Below are positions 1 through 10,911 of a DNA stretch of 64,000 nucleotides, piece after piece. The position numbers and the translations under genes were made by a program. The stretch is from an uncultured Hormoscilla sp. (GTDB lineage: Bacteria > Cyanobacteriota > Cyanobacteriia > Cyanobacteriales > Desertifilaceae). Numbering within the stretch: position 1 is the stretch's first letter; every line of letters begins with the position of its first letter. The DNA lies in assembly GCA_963921275.4 (NCBI GenBank), contig OZ001293.3, positions 6,464,001 through 6,528,000 of the forward strand. The letters run 5' to 3'. The notes below the pieces were generated by a model. That model saw only the letters and a program-made list of their open reading frames with translations, had not been told where the DNA came from and searched no databases.

Positions 1-1
1 G

Positions 2-277
2 GCGCGATCGCTGGAAGGGGCTGCCCATTCAGGAGGACTGGAAGCCTATACTGGTAAGACGGAGTTGTTTATCTATCCGGGCTATCATTGGCGGGTGGTA
101 GATGGGTTGATTACTAATTTCCATTTGCCCCGTTCTAGTTTGCTGATGCTGGTTAGTGCTATGCTGGGACGCGACCGCTTGCTGCACCTGTATCGTGAGG
201 CGATCGGCCACCAATATCGCTTCTATTCTTTTGGCGATGCGATGCTGATTTTGCCTGATGCCTGGAAAATTATCTGA
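2..277 (+). CDS. queA: S-adenosylmethionine:tRNA ribosyltransferase-isomerase, 3' end (runs off window)
   Basis: C-terminal QueA motifs [18 protein letters not shown] and [12 protein letters not shown]. Confidence 0.95.
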   Translation, partial: ARSLEGAAHSGGLEAYTGKTELFIYPGYHWRVVDGLITNFHLPRSSLLMLVSAMLGRDRLLHLYREAIGHQYRFYSFGDAMLILPDAWKII

Positions 278-692
278 AAAACTGATTGCGAATTGCCAAT
301 TGAGAATTGAAAAGTGCCAATTAAGAATCTACCATCTAATATCAAGTCTGGGTAATTACCCACAACCCGCGAAACCCCGCAGCCATGGCCCGCGCTAACC
401 TGGGTTTGAGTCTTTATCGACAAGGCGATATCGCGCAGTACTCTTCAGACTGCTAGGGATTTATTTCAACAGCAGGGCAAGTCCCGACAGGTCTCGCGGC
501 TTAACCGGATTTTACAACAACTCAATCGGGCTGACGAATAAGGATGAACGGGTAGGAAAGAAGGAACAGCCCCGATCGCCTATGGACGAAGATCTCATTT
601 CTGACGATCCAGATTTTTCGGACCGTCTGCGGGCCGATCGGGGCTATACACCAATGGATAACATCCCCAAGATACCATAAGAATTCACCAAG

Positions 693-808
693 GTTAGCGG
701 TCAGTTGCTAGAGGTCAGTTGTTAGCGGTCAGTTGTTAGCGGTCACTGGTACCTGTTGGGCCTGGTACGCGGTCACTGGTCCCCGGTCACCACCGATCGC
801 CAGTCACT
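693..808. repeat. degenerate 14-nt (2x7) tandem repeat GTTAGCGGTCAGTT
   Basis: about four units, decaying into GGTCACT heptamers. Confidence 0.75.
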
Positions 809-893
809 ACCCTTCGCTATCGATAAACGATGCCCATCCTACAACTTAATATAGTAGGGTAAAGTAAGTGAGTATTCTGGGATAGTAAGTGCT

Positions 894-2153
894 ATGGGCG
901 GTAGGCGACCAATTGCAATTGACTTATTTGCCGGTGCCGGTGGGATGACCCTGGGTTTTGAACAGGCGGGGTTTGACGTACCTGCTGCGGTGGAACTAGA
1001 TCCAATTCATTGTGCTACTCACGAATTCAACTTTCCCTTCTGGTCAGTCTTATGCCAGGATATCGCTGACACGACAGGAGATCAAATCAGGAACTGCATT
1101 GGGGATAGAGAGATAGATGTTGTCTGTGGAGGACCACCTTGCCAAGGCTTTTCAGTGATCGGAAAACGCCAATTTTCCGATCCGCGCAACTGCTTAATAT
1201 CTCACTTTCGGCGGGTAGTATTAGAACTAGAACCGAAGTACTTTGTCATGGAGAACGTCCCCGGACTCGCCCTGGGAAAACATCAACAGCTGCTCAATGA
1301 CATTATTTCCGAATTTACGGCGAATGGTTATCAAGTATTATCCCATCAAGTGCTGAATGCAGCTAACTATGGAGTACCCCAGAACCGGGAAAGATTATTT
1401 ATGCTTGGGTGCCGTCAAGGACTGCCATTACCCCAATATCCGGAACCCATAACTAGACCAAATAAAAATCCAGATGAGAACCAAGACTTGCCTTTGACAC
1501 CGACAGTATGGCAAGCTATCGGAGACTTGCCGGAAGCAGAAAAATATTCAGTATTGCGGAAAAGGGACCAGGTAGTAGCAGAGTACGGCAAACCAAGTGA
1601 TTACGGTCAACAGATGCGCGGTTTGTGTATGATAGCAGATGATTACTCCTATGCCCGCCAGTACGACCCGAGATTACTCACTTCCAGTATCAGGACAAAT
1701 CATACGAAGAAATCTAGAGCAAGATTTGAGGCAACAAGACCTGGTAAAATAGAACGGGTCAGTAGATTTCATAAACTCAATCCCGAAGGTTTGTGCAATA
1801 CTCTGAGGGCGGGAACGGCACGCGATCGGGGGGCGTATACATCTCCCAGACCGATACATCCGTACACACCGCGTTGCATTACAGTCAGGGAAGCAGGAAG
1901 GTTACATTCCTATCCAGACTGGTTGAGATTTCATGTTACCAAATGGCACGGCTTTCGGCAAATAGGAAATTCGGTACCGCCGTTATTAGCGAAAGCTGTA
2001 GCAGCAGAGATCATCCGTTCTCTAGGAGTAGAACCCTGCAAACCTTGTGAAGAACAACCTTTGGGAAAGAAAGAGTTACTGCATATGACTATGTCACAAG
2101 CAACTGCATATTATGGTGCAGATCCCCAGGCGATCGCACATCGGAGCCGATAA
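894..2153 (+). CDS. dcm: orphan C5 DNA cytosine methyltransferase
   Basis: motifs DLFAGAGG, GGPPCQGFS, ENVPG, PQNRER and GNSVPP; no adjacent endonuclease gene. Confidence 0.93.
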   Translation: MGGRRPIAIDLFAGAGGMTLGFEQAGFDVPAAVELDPIHCATHEFNFPFWSVLCQDIADTTGDQIRNCIGDREIDVVCGGPPCQGFSVIGKRQFSDPRNCLISHFRRVVLELEPKYFVMENVPGLALGKHQQLLNDIISEFTANGYQVLSHQVLNAANYGVPQNRERLFMLGCRQGLPLPQYPEPITRPNKNPDENQDLPLTPTVWQAIGDLPEAEKYSVLRKRDQVVAEYGKPSDYGQQMRGLCMIADDYSYARQYDPRLLTSSIRTNHTKKSRARFEATRPGKIERVSRFHKLNPEGLCNTLRAGTARDRGAYTSPRPIHPYTPRCITVREAGRLHSYPDWLRFHVTKWHGFRQIGNSVPPLLAKAVAAEIIRSLGVEPCKPCEEQPLGKKELLHMTMSQATAYYGADPQAIAHRSR

Positions 2154-2279
2154 GCCGTTCGTAGTAAGACACACGGTTCGTAGTAAGCACTTCGATGCAC
2201 TCGCGCTACTCGCACTACCCCTCGCGCATCGAAGCGTGCTTGCCAGGCGCTTCGCGCCTAGAGGAGTCGTTCGTAGTAA

Positions 2280-2481
2280 TATCATGTCTGATTAAATGCC
2301 CATAATAAAAATTGCATCACCTGTAGGTTGGGTTTCGTGCCTCAACCCAACCTCGATGTCTCTCGGGTTTTCGCCGTGCGTTCGGGAGACATCGAAAGTA
2401 AGCCCTGTTGGGTTTCGCGCTTAGTCTACCCAACAAACGCAAGAGATATTTTTTATTACGGTTAATCATCCCGACTTGATA
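2280..2481. mobile_element. MITE with TATCA(T/A)GTC terminal inverted repeats and TAA target duplication
   Basis: TAA[TATCATGTC...GACTTGATA]TAA; related ends at ~340 and ~16788. Confidence 0.65.
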
Positions 2482-2623
2482 TAAGACACACTTTACGGCT
2501 TGCCTGTAGTTGGGTTGACTTCTGGAAACCCAAGGTCAACCGCAGTAATGGTTGGGCTTACCCACGACCCACGTTACCCAACCTACAGGAATTCCCAATT
2601 GGGAATTGGGAATTGGGAATTAA

Positions 2624-3100
2624 TTAGGAACAATCGAAAGCTGATGGGATGTATTCTTGGAGGATGAACTGATAATTGCCAACCCGTACAGCTTGCCCCA
2701 GTTTAACAGGTTCTGACTGATTTGCTTGAGGGTTATAATTTTGTAATTGAGGTAAACTATGACAGCGCACTAAGGCAACATCAAAGCGACAGGATAGATC
2801 GGCATAGGCGGGATATTCGGCCAGAAATAACTCCGCCGCCTGCCAGATTAACTGCTGCTTTTTGACCGCGATCGCCAGTTTGCCACCGGCATCCCAGTTG
2901 CCGCGACTGCGAGTTTTCACCTCCACAAATGCTAACTCATGGGCCCGTTGGGCGATGATGTCCAACTCTCCCGATCGCCGTAGGCGCGCCGCAGGCGATC
3001 GGGTACGCCAGCGCCGGTGTAAGATCGCCCAACATTGCTGTTGCAGCCACTGTGCCACCAGTTCTTCTCCCAAAACCCCTTTATCAGCAGATAAACTCAT
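2624..3100 (-). CDS. YraN/UPF0102 family nuclease-like protein with an 8-aa in-frame insertion
   Basis: G-x-LGEELVAQWL, GELDIIA, FVEVKTR and CRFDVALV motifs. Confidence 0.9.
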   Translation of the reverse strand: MSLSADKGVLGEELVAQWLQQQCWAILHRRWRTRSPAARLRRSGELDIIAQRAHELAFVEVKTRSRGNWDAGGKLAIAVKKQQLIWQAAELFLAEYPAYADLSCRFDVALVRCHSLPQLQNYNPQANQSEPVKLGQAVRVGNYQFILQEYIPSAFDCS

Positions 3101-3166
3101 CAGCCTCTTTACTCAGTTGGCTCGATATGGTACAACTATAATCGCATATCTATTAACTTTTGTCCT

Positions 3167-3679
3167 GTGATGAATCCTAGACGACACTGGCCTCTGGCCA
3201 AAATGCTACTGAGTTTATGCCTGTTTCTGCTATTGTCGATCGCAGGGGTAAGTGCGATCGCGACCCCTGCGTTAGCGACAGACTACAGCGAACGCATCCT
3301 CAAAGGGGCGGACTTTTCTGGTCAAGATCTGAGAGACTCAAAATTTGAGAGAGCAGATCTGACAAATAGTAACTTCTCTCATGCAAATTTGCGAGGGGTG
3401 AGTTTGTTTTTAGCTAAGCTAGATGGAGCTAACCTGGAGGGAGCGGATCTCACATTCTCTATAATCGACACAGCTCGCTTTAACAATGCTAATTTAACCA
3501 ATGCTATATTTGAGGATGCTTTAGCCTATAATGCCAAGTTTGAAGGCGCGATCGTTGACGGTGCCGATTTCACAGGGGTGTACTTCCGGAGAACTACGGA
3601 AAAATTGCTGTGTAAGGCAGCGAAAGGTACTAATCCTGTAACTGGCAGGAAAACTCGCGATACTCTTTTTTGTTATTAG
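3167..3679 (+). CDS. pentapeptide repeat protein, exported or lumenal
   Basis: signal peptide, A(D/N)LxG pentapeptides, C-terminal CxxAxGTNPVTGRxTRDTL. Confidence 0.9.
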   Translation: MMNPRRHWPLAKMLLSLCLFLLLSIAGVSAIATPALATDYSERILKGADFSGQDLRDSKFERADLTNSNFSHANLRGVSLFLAKLDGANLEGADLTFSIIDTARFNNANLTNAIFEDALAYNAKFEGAIVDGADFTGVYFRRTTEKLLCKAAKGTNPVTGRKTRDTLFCY

Positions 3680-3939
3680 TCTATCGTGAATGGTAGGTTG
3701 GTTGAGGTCCCTTACCCAACCTACCATTCGGGGTGACGGGGAAGTTGATTTGATCTAACCCTGCATTTTCTTACGAACTCTCGGGTTGGGATGATAATAT
3801 CTTAAATAATTCAATTGTTCTTTTTCTTCAGCAGTAAATGATATGTTAATCATTGTTACAGATATTACTAATTCGATGGCATTCCTATCATAACTCAACT
3901 CTCACAAAAGCGCAAGTCGATCCCTATCCGAGTATATTA

Positions 3940-4956
3940 GAGGTTTTTTGATGCGAGATGGTAGATTGGTTTCCGAATCTGCACCTGGTGATGTTTCTAA
4001 AATTGTTCCACTCCTACCCCCAAGCCTGCCCTATGGCATATCTTACCAGGCGAAAACGGCTAGCGGGATGAGTGGGGGACCGGTGTGCTGCTGGCAAGGT
4101 GATTGCGGTGCATGGTCACAGGGATGAGGCATCCATTAATCACCTTAAGTGGGACGTTCTGATAAATGTCTACAACACAATCAAAAGCCAAATTGATAAG
4201 GCGGAAAGTTTCTTGATGCAAGGGAATAACTTATCACAAAAAGGACAGTATGAAAAGGCGATCGCATTATACGACAAAGCGATAGATATTAAGCCAAACT
4301 ACTATGAAGCTTTGGATCGCAGAGAGATGGCGCTAATGTACTTGAAAAAATACAAAGAGGCGATTGCAGATTATGATAAAGCAACAAAAATCAAACCAGA
4401 CTATTATGATGCTTGGTATCACAGAGGCTATGGGCTAAGGCACTTGGGAAAATACCAAGAGGCGATCGCATCTTACGAGCGAGCGATATAAATTAAGCCA
4501 GATCATTATAAAGCTTGGAATTACAGAGGCTATGCACTAGAAAAGTTGCAACTATCATAAGAGGCGATCGCCTATGAGAAAGCAATTAAAATTAATCATA
4601 ACCAATATGCAATCAATAAGCTCAATAATATGCTACGGTACTTAGAGGCGATCGCACCTTTTGACAAAAAGATAGAAATCAAGCCGGACGACCATGATGC
4701 TTGGTATAACAGAGACGTGGCGCTATTTAACTTAGAACGATACGAAGAGGCGCTAAAATCCTATGAAAAAGTGATAGAAATAAAGCCAGGCTACATTATG
4801 GCTTGGAATAACAGAGGCTTGTCGTTAGAGAACTTGGAACGATACGATGAAGCGCTAGAATCCTATGACAAGGCCATTAAAATTTATCCTAACTTCCAAG
4901 ATGCAATCAATAACCGTAAGCGGTTGCTTCTGAAGCTAGGACGTCCAACCCGATAG
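3940..4956 (+). pseudogene. trypsin-like peptidase plus TPR protein, fragmented
   Basis: GMSGGPV..GKVIAVHG remnant at ~4060-4120, then TPR repeats broken by stops (4489, 4558) and frameshifts. Confidence 0.75.
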
Positions 4957-5015
4957 AGATACAGATTTTCCTATTCCTACTATGCAGCCAGAAACCCGGT
5001 TTCTTAGCTTTACGG

Positions 5016-6965
5016 CTAAACATCACTTTCCCAAGGCACCTGTACCAAGTCTAACAGAGAAGTCTGGCGGAGTCGATCTATTTCCGAAATTCGCTGCTTG
5101 GCCTGATAGAATTGCTGATAATAATAATGCCACCCTTCTGGATCGCGAACTCGGTCAGTATTTGTCCAACGTCGCAGACAATAGCGAGAACGAATCTCAC
5201 AAATGGCCCTCTCCATACAGGCGATCACAGCTTGAATAATCAGAGGAGTGCGGCGGATATCCCGTTGAGTTTTCTCATCCAAATAAAATAGCTGTTGCAC
5301 TTGCGCCATTTGCTGAGAAAATTGGAGACAGTGGTCCTGTAATTTAGAGAGGAGGTGGGGTGAAGTAAGTTCTAGGGACTGTTGAACAAGCTGAATTTGA
5401 GACCACAAAAAGCGATGCTGCTGTCTGGTAAAGTCTAAAGCTTTATCTCTGAGGGCCTGGAGAATTTGACTGCGGTATTGGGGATAATGGAGGTAAACTC
5501 GTAGGAGTAAAGCTTCTGCCTGTGCTAAACGTTGGCTATCAGAACTAACGGGTAACTCTACAGACTTGTCTTGCTGCTGCTGAGATTTCTGCTTATCTGC
5601 CCGCCGTTGTGGTTTTTTAACTTGAGTGAGTAAATCTTGCGCTAGTTTGGGCACCAGTCGGGAGTCTCCTGAGGAGAGGAGTTGGGCACATAGATTGATA
5701 TAATAGGTGCGGGACGTGCTATCTTGGATCTGTCTGAGGAGGGCGATCGTCTGCTTGGAGACTTGCTGAAACTGATCGGCTTTTTGCAGATTTTTGCCCT
5801 TGAGGATTTGTTGAATTTGCCAATCTATCCAGAGAGGGGCATCTGCTAACAGTTGTTGGTAAGGTAGAGGAGAACCAGAGAGTTTGAGAAAGTCATCGGC
5901 ATCTTTGCCATCGGGAAGGTTGAGAATGCGCAGTTGCACCTGTCCTTTATAGGCCAGATCGGCAACTTCGCCAATGGCCCTTTCGGTAGCAGTGGTGCCC
6001 GCAGCATCGGCGTCAAAATTCAGCACCAGGCGTTTAGAAGCACTGTAACGCAAGAGTTGCCGAACTTGGGTGGCACTTAAAGCCGTGCCCAGAGAGGCGA
6101 CCACATTGGTGATGCCAGCAGCATGGAGGGCGATCGCGTCAAAATAACCTTCTACTACCACAGCCTGGTCCAGTTTAGCAATAGCATCTTTAGCTTTATC
6201 CAAAGCAAAGAGAGTTTTGCCTTTATCGAAGACAGGAGTTTCCGGAGAATTGAGATATTTAGGTTTGTCATCCCCAAGAGTGCGGCCCCCAAAAGCGACG
6301 ATCCGTCCTTGGATGTCCTGGATGGGAATTGTCAGGCGATCGCGGAATCGATCGTAATAACCGCTACCATTCTTGCGGGGCAGGATCAAGCCTGCCAGTT
6401 CCACCAACTTGACAGAATAGCCCTTGACCTCTACTAAATAATGGTATAGGGTTTCCCAGCCAGGTGGGGCATAACCCAGTTGAAACTGTTGAATAGTCTC
6501 TTCCCGTAGCTGGCGATCGGATCTAAGATATTCCAGGGGGGTCTCTCCTAGGGAAGGTTCGCGCAGGGCATGTTGATAGAAACTTGACGCCAAAGCCAAA
6601 ACTTGATATAACTGTTCTTGGAGAGTAATTTGGCGTTGGAGTTCGTGGCGTTCTTCTGGTGCCATGGTCTTGATCTGCAACTGGTGCGATCGGGCCAGGT
6701 CCAGGACGACATCAGAGAAAGAACGCTTATCCAGTTCCATCAAGAAAGTGATGACATTGCCGCCAGCACTACAACCAAAACAATGGTAAAATTGTTTAGT
6801 AGAACTGACCGTAAAGCTGGGAGATTTTTCCTCATGAAAAGGACAGAGTCCGACAAAATCCTTGCCCCGCTTGCGGAGGACGACTCGTTGGGAAATCACA
6901 TCGACAATGTCAATATGCTGCTTGACTTCTTCAATAGTGTCGGGGTGCAGGCGCGGAATGATCAT
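5016..6965 (-). CDS. dnaG: DNA primase
   Basis: CPFHEEKSPSF zinc finger, KYLNSPET, TOPRIM motifs VVEGYFD and NFDADAAG. Confidence 0.98.
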   Translation of the reverse strand: MIIPRLHPDTIEEVKQHIDIVDVISQRVVLRKRGKDFVGLCPFHEEKSPSFTVSSTKQFYHCFGCSAGGNVITFLMELDKRSFSDVVLDLARSHQLQIKTMAPEERHELQRQITLQEQLYQVLALASSFYQHALREPSLGETPLEYLRSDRQLREETIQQFQLGYAPPGWETLYHYLVEVKGYSVKLVELAGLILPRKNGSGYYDRFRDRLTIPIQDIQGRIVAFGGRTLGDDKPKYLNSPETPVFDKGKTLFALDKAKDAIAKLDQAVVVEGYFDAIALHAAGITNVVASLGTALSATQVRQLLRYSASKRLVLNFDADAAGTTATERAIGEVADLAYKGQVQLRILNLPDGKDADDFLKLSGSPLPYQQLLADAPLWIDWQIQQILKGKNLQKADQFQQVSKQTIALLRQIQDSTSRTYYINLCAQLLSSGDSRLVPKLAQDLLTQVKKPQRRADKQKSQQQQDKSVELPVSSDSQRLAQAEALLLRVYLHYPQYRSQILQALRDKALDFTRQQHRFLWSQIQLVQQSLELTSPHLLSKLQDHCLQFSQQMAQVQQLFYLDEKTQRDIRRTPLIIQAVIACMERAICEIRSRYCLRRWTNTDRVRDPEGWHYYYQQFYQAKQRISEIDRLRQTSLLDLVQVPWESDV

Positions 6966-7105
6966 GAAATTTATCCTTGAAAATGGAGAATTGAGAATGG
7001 AAAATGGAAAATTGAGAATGGAAAGGTGTTAGCAGTCATAAATATAATTGGAAGCAATTTAAAATTCGCAATTTACAATAGTGCATAAGAGGGGAAATAT
7101 AGCAG

Positions 7106-8473
7106 ATGGGAATAATTTTTCTGTCAGCAGGTCATGGCGGGATCGAAAGTGATGGGTTCAGGGATCCAGGGGCGATCGCCGGAAACACCACAGAAGCAAA
7201 AGAGATGATCCAACTGCGAGACTTGATAGCGGCGGACTTGCGATCGCGGGATTTTGAAGTGCTGGTGGTGCCAGACGACCTGAGTTTGCGGCGGTCAATA
7301 GACTGGATCAACATTCGTGCGAGACGAGGGGATGTATCAGCAGAACTGCATGCGGATGCCTTTTCTAACCCGGCAGTCAGGGGAGCGAGTATATATTACA
7401 TCGCCAATAACCAGGAGCGCAAGAACCATGCCGAGTTGTTGCTGCTGGCTCTGTTGCACAGGCTACCTCAACTGCGAAGTCGGGGAGCCAAACCAGATAC
7501 AGCTACAGGTGTGGGTAGTTTAGCATTTTGTCGCAACGTGATTCCCCCCTCTTTGCTGATTCAAGTAGGCTTTCTCACCAACCCGGACGATCGGTTCTTG
7601 TTGCAAAATCGACGGCGGGAAATTGCTCTGGGAATAGCGGACGGACTAGCAGCTTGGAGCCGTACTATTGACCCCATTGGTGCTCCCAGGCCCACCCCGA
7701 CTCAGACAGAGACCTATCCCACGATTAATATCAATCTTAACGGTCAAGTCTATGGGGAGCTGGGGGCGATCGTCAATGGCAACGCCTACATCCCGATCGA
7801 CCTAGTGGATAGTTTGGGGATTAACTTATCCCAAGCAAACGATGTCCGCCGCATCAATTATCGTAACATAGTCTATATCAAAGCGGTAGAGTTGCGGGAT
7901 TTCAATATCTCAGTCAACTGGGATAACAATACCCGGGCAGTAGTTTTACGCTCGGTATTGAAGATCTGCGGCGGTCAACTGGATCGAATTATGCGCCATG
8001 GTAACACGTCGGAAGTGCAGCTGATGATGTTTCTCAAAACGAACAATCCCGAAGGTCTCGACCAGTTTCCCGACATTCCCCGACTATACCGAGAAGAGGC
8101 ATCCATAGAGGGCGTCAACTATGATATCGCTTTTTGTCAGATGTGTGTAGAGACAGGATTTTTGCGCTTTGGTGGGGAAGTGCAACCCTCGCAAAATAAC
8201 TTTGCCGGTTTGGGAGATCTGTGGGCGGGGTCGGGTGGTGCTGTTTTTGCCAGTGCCAGAATTGGCGTGAGAGCCCATATTCAACAATTAAAAGCCTATG
8301 CTAGTACGGAACCTTTGGTGCAAGAGTTAGTTGCGCCCCGGTTTCGCTTTATTACTCGCGGCATTGCCCCCTTGATCGGACAGCTGAGTGGTCGTTGGAA
8401 TGCCGACACTCAGTATGGCGATCGCATTCTCTCCCTTCTCCGGCGTCTGTACGAGTCCGCTGGGTTACTTTAA
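7106..8473 (+). CDS. tftA: Amidase_3 plus glucosaminidase protein (hormogonium tapered-terminus morphoprotein TftA-like)
   Basis: IFLSAGHGG..DPGAIAG..EAKEM amidase N-terminus; C-terminal AFCQMCVETGFL..QNNFAGLG glucosaminidase. Confidence 0.8.
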   Translation: MGIIFLSAGHGGIESDGFRDPGAIAGNTTEAKEMIQLRDLIAADLRSRDFEVLVVPDDLSLRRSIDWINIRARRGDVSAELHADAFSNPAVRGASIYYIANNQERKNHAELLLLALLHRLPQLRSRGAKPDTATGVGSLAFCRNVIPPSLLIQVGFLTNPDDRFLLQNRRREIALGIADGLAAWSRTIDPIGAPRPTPTQTETYPTININLNGQVYGELGAIVNGNAYIPIDLVDSLGINLSQANDVRRINYRNIVYIKAVELRDFNISVNWDNNTRAVVLRSVLKICGGQLDRIMRHGNTSEVQLMMFLKTNNPEGLDQFPDIPRLYREEASIEGVNYDIAFCQMCVETGFLRFGGEVQPSQNNFAGLGDLWAGSGGAVFASARIGVRAHIQQLKAYASTEPLVQELVAPRFRFITRGIAPLIGQLSGRWNADTQYGDRILSLLRRLYESAGLL

Positions 8474-9134
8474 TTTCACTGTCATACCACCAGGGGTTCG
8501 TTCCAGGCGCTAGTGTTCGGCTTGATTTACTGCTGAATGTTCTGCTTGCGAGGCTTTCAACTTGTCAATATCCTTGCGGGTTTCTTGCCATTGACGCTGG
8601 TAAATTGCGACCCGTCCTGTTTTCTGGATCTAGTTGTGCTTCAATGCTTTGACTTGTTATTCTAAGGCATTGAAGCGCGATCGGTCTGCGGACGGCAATC
8701 TTAAATTATTGGTTTGTATCATTCTCAACACGAGCAAGGCCGGGTTTTTATGGAAGTGTTGTGAGTTTTTGAGTGAGGGGAACACGGCTTACGCCTGCGC
8801 GAGAAATCGAACTGTGCGGCTGACAACGATTTTTTTCGCTTTTATCACATGAGTGATACGGTCCCCGCGAAAGTAGTTCTTCCTACTATTAGCTAATCGA
8901 GTGAGAGCTGGGTAAATAATGCTTGAAATTATTACATGAAAAGGGTTTGAGCGAAAGCCACGTAAACTTACCAGCAGTCACCTACTGCATATGCTTATGG
9001 CCCCGAAGACAAATCTGGGAGAATAGGTATGAAGGGCTTTTCTCACATGAACTAAGCAACATTGATTAAACTCACATGAATGAGATTTTTCGGCTACATA
9101 TATCTAGATTAAAGTCACATTGATTGAAAAATTA

Positions 9135-9315
9135 GTCACGGGACTCTATGACAAAGTAGCGTGACTCTATGGCAAGGTAATATTAAGTGAGGGGTTCGTC
9201 ACGTGACTCTAACGCAGAGTCACGCAACTCTAACGCAGAGTCACGCAACTCTAACGCAGAGTAGCGCTGCTTAATTGCAGAGTTACGTGACTTAATATAC
9301 TGGTCATGTGACTTT
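9135..9315. repeat. 21-nt tandem repeats (ACTCTAACGCAGAGTCACGCA x~3 plus degenerate units)
   Basis: direct inspection. Confidence 0.8.
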
Positions 9316-9337
9316 CACGCAGATGCTCCGATAACAG

Positions 9338-9605
9338 TTGCTCAAAACCTGTGGGAGTACAACGTGGCACTCCAACAAGCGGAGTTACTCGACCAGACTC
9401 GACAGCAAGCTAAAGAACTGGTCCATGCACTCTTTGCAGCAAACCCAAGCCCAGATGATTCAGAATGAAAAAATGGCCAGTTTGGGGCAGTTGGTTGCAG
9501 GTGTTGCCCATGAAATTAATAACCCGGTCAACTTATCTAGGGCAACCTCGTCCATGTAAGCGAGTACAAGATTTACTCTCTTTTGTGCAACTATACCAGA
9601 AACAT
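9338..9605 (+). pseudogene. sensor histidine kinase fragment
   Basis: [23 protein letters not shown]-box; frameshifted and truncated by a repeat cluster. Confidence 0.8.
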
Positions 9606-9804
9606 GGCGACGCACGGCGAAACTCGGGGGACAGCACTACCCCCGAGACATCGTACTCGCACAAAAGGGGAGACGCTGGCTCCTGGCCTTCCGATTTTTC
9701 CGGAACGGTAGACGCGCTCATTCAAAGTCCGATGTCACCACTTACAAGAGTCGGACCGATCGCGCAGGGGTGTGGTCAAAACCCGTTGGTAGGAGGCCTC
9801 GCCT

Positions 9805-9935
9805 TCTGTGCGCCCCGGTCGCTCGATGTCTCCCGGGAGCTCGATGTCTCGGGGGAGCGCTAATCGCACTACCCCCGAGACATCGTAGTCGCACTACCCG
9901 GGAGATATCGTAACCGCACTACCCGGGGCGCACAG
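9805..9935 (+). mobile_element. triply nested 43-45-bp palindromic mini-elements
   Basis: inner 9841-9885 lies inside middle 9823-9910, which lies inside outer 9805-9935; each has inverted arms and a GCTA.(T/C)CGCACTACCC loop. Confidence 0.85.
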
Positions 9936-10335
9936 CCCGAACCCTAAAGGGTCCGGCTACAGGAACAAAGCCCGCCTGCGCGGGCTATTTACACGCATCT
10001 AAGATGCACCCGGCTATCAACTACTTGTGACCGCACCCAAGAGACCGCTCGCGTGTCTACTCGCACAAAAGGGGAGACATCGTACTCGCACAAAAGCTTA
10101 GACATCGACGCCACATCTGGTCAAAGGCCACCAGTTCCAGGGGTTGCAGGACACTCAAATGTCGCACTCCCAACAGCATAACCGTGACCGCAAAGCTGGC
10201 AATCAAGACCCGATGTGCGATTTCGGACTGGTAGTTGAGTAATCAACTTTAGTCTTTTACCGATGCGCCCGACAATGGGAATTTTACTAAACCACTGATA
10301 ACGATGAGGCAAGTTCAGGACTGGACCAGATGATT

Positions 10336-10911
10336 TCAGGGAAGAAAATAACTGTACCAAGCCGACTCGCCATTGTCATTGGCTTGACGCCGCAGCAAAC
10401 GCCAAGATTTCGCTTCTATCTGCCGTTGCAGGTACAAGTCAAAGGGGTTTTGCCCTTGAGTGACTTTACCTTCAGAAGACATCTTAATAGTATAATCATA
10501 AAATCCCTGTAAATGAAAGGTGGCTAAATTTTGCACGACCAAGGGTTCGCGCTTGGTAATTCGCAGCCGTTCGATTTGATCGCTGGTGGGTGAATCCAGG
10601 TGCAGCTGCTGGGTAAGCTGCTGCTGGGTGAGACTCAGCTGCAGAGCGATCGCCTTCTCTACCAGCTGCTTATTCGGCGTAGGACCGTTGATGCTACAGG
10701 CGACTAGCAGTCCCGCCAGGGCTAATGGTACAATGACCCGCCAAATCCTAGTTGCTCTTGAGTGCATGAAGGCCGATCTCATCACTATCTTGACTATTCC
10801 CATATAGTAAAGGATATTTAAAAGCGCCCGGATATTTACTATGATCGATCGTATAACTTCGCTTGTGTATGCCTCCCTATGTCCAACAAGACTCTTGGTC
10901 TCGATAGCCAA
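10336..10911 (-). CDS. putative lipoprotein (true start probably ~10770-10790)
   Basis: hydrophobic stretch ending in the lipobox LVAC; plausible cyanobacterial hypothetical protein. Confidence 0.7.
   Translation of the reverse strand: MAIETKSLVGHREAYTSEVIRSIIVNIRALLNILYYMGIVKIVMRSAFMHSRATRIWRVIVPLALAGLLVACSINGPTPNKQLVEKAIALQLSLTQQQLTQQLHLDSPTSDQIERLRITKREPLVVQNLATFHLQGFYDYTIKMSSEGKVTQGQNPFDLYLQRQIEAKSWRLLRRQANDNGESAWYSYFLP

Noticed and set aside
894..3100. dcm plus yraN as a restriction-modification pair
   Set aside because: The genes are convergent and separated by repeats, and YraN is a widespread standalone gene.
8480..9130. long intergenic region resembling a CRISPR leader or ncRNA
   Set aside because: No repeat-spacer array or recognisable RNA motif is present; only short CACATGA repeats.
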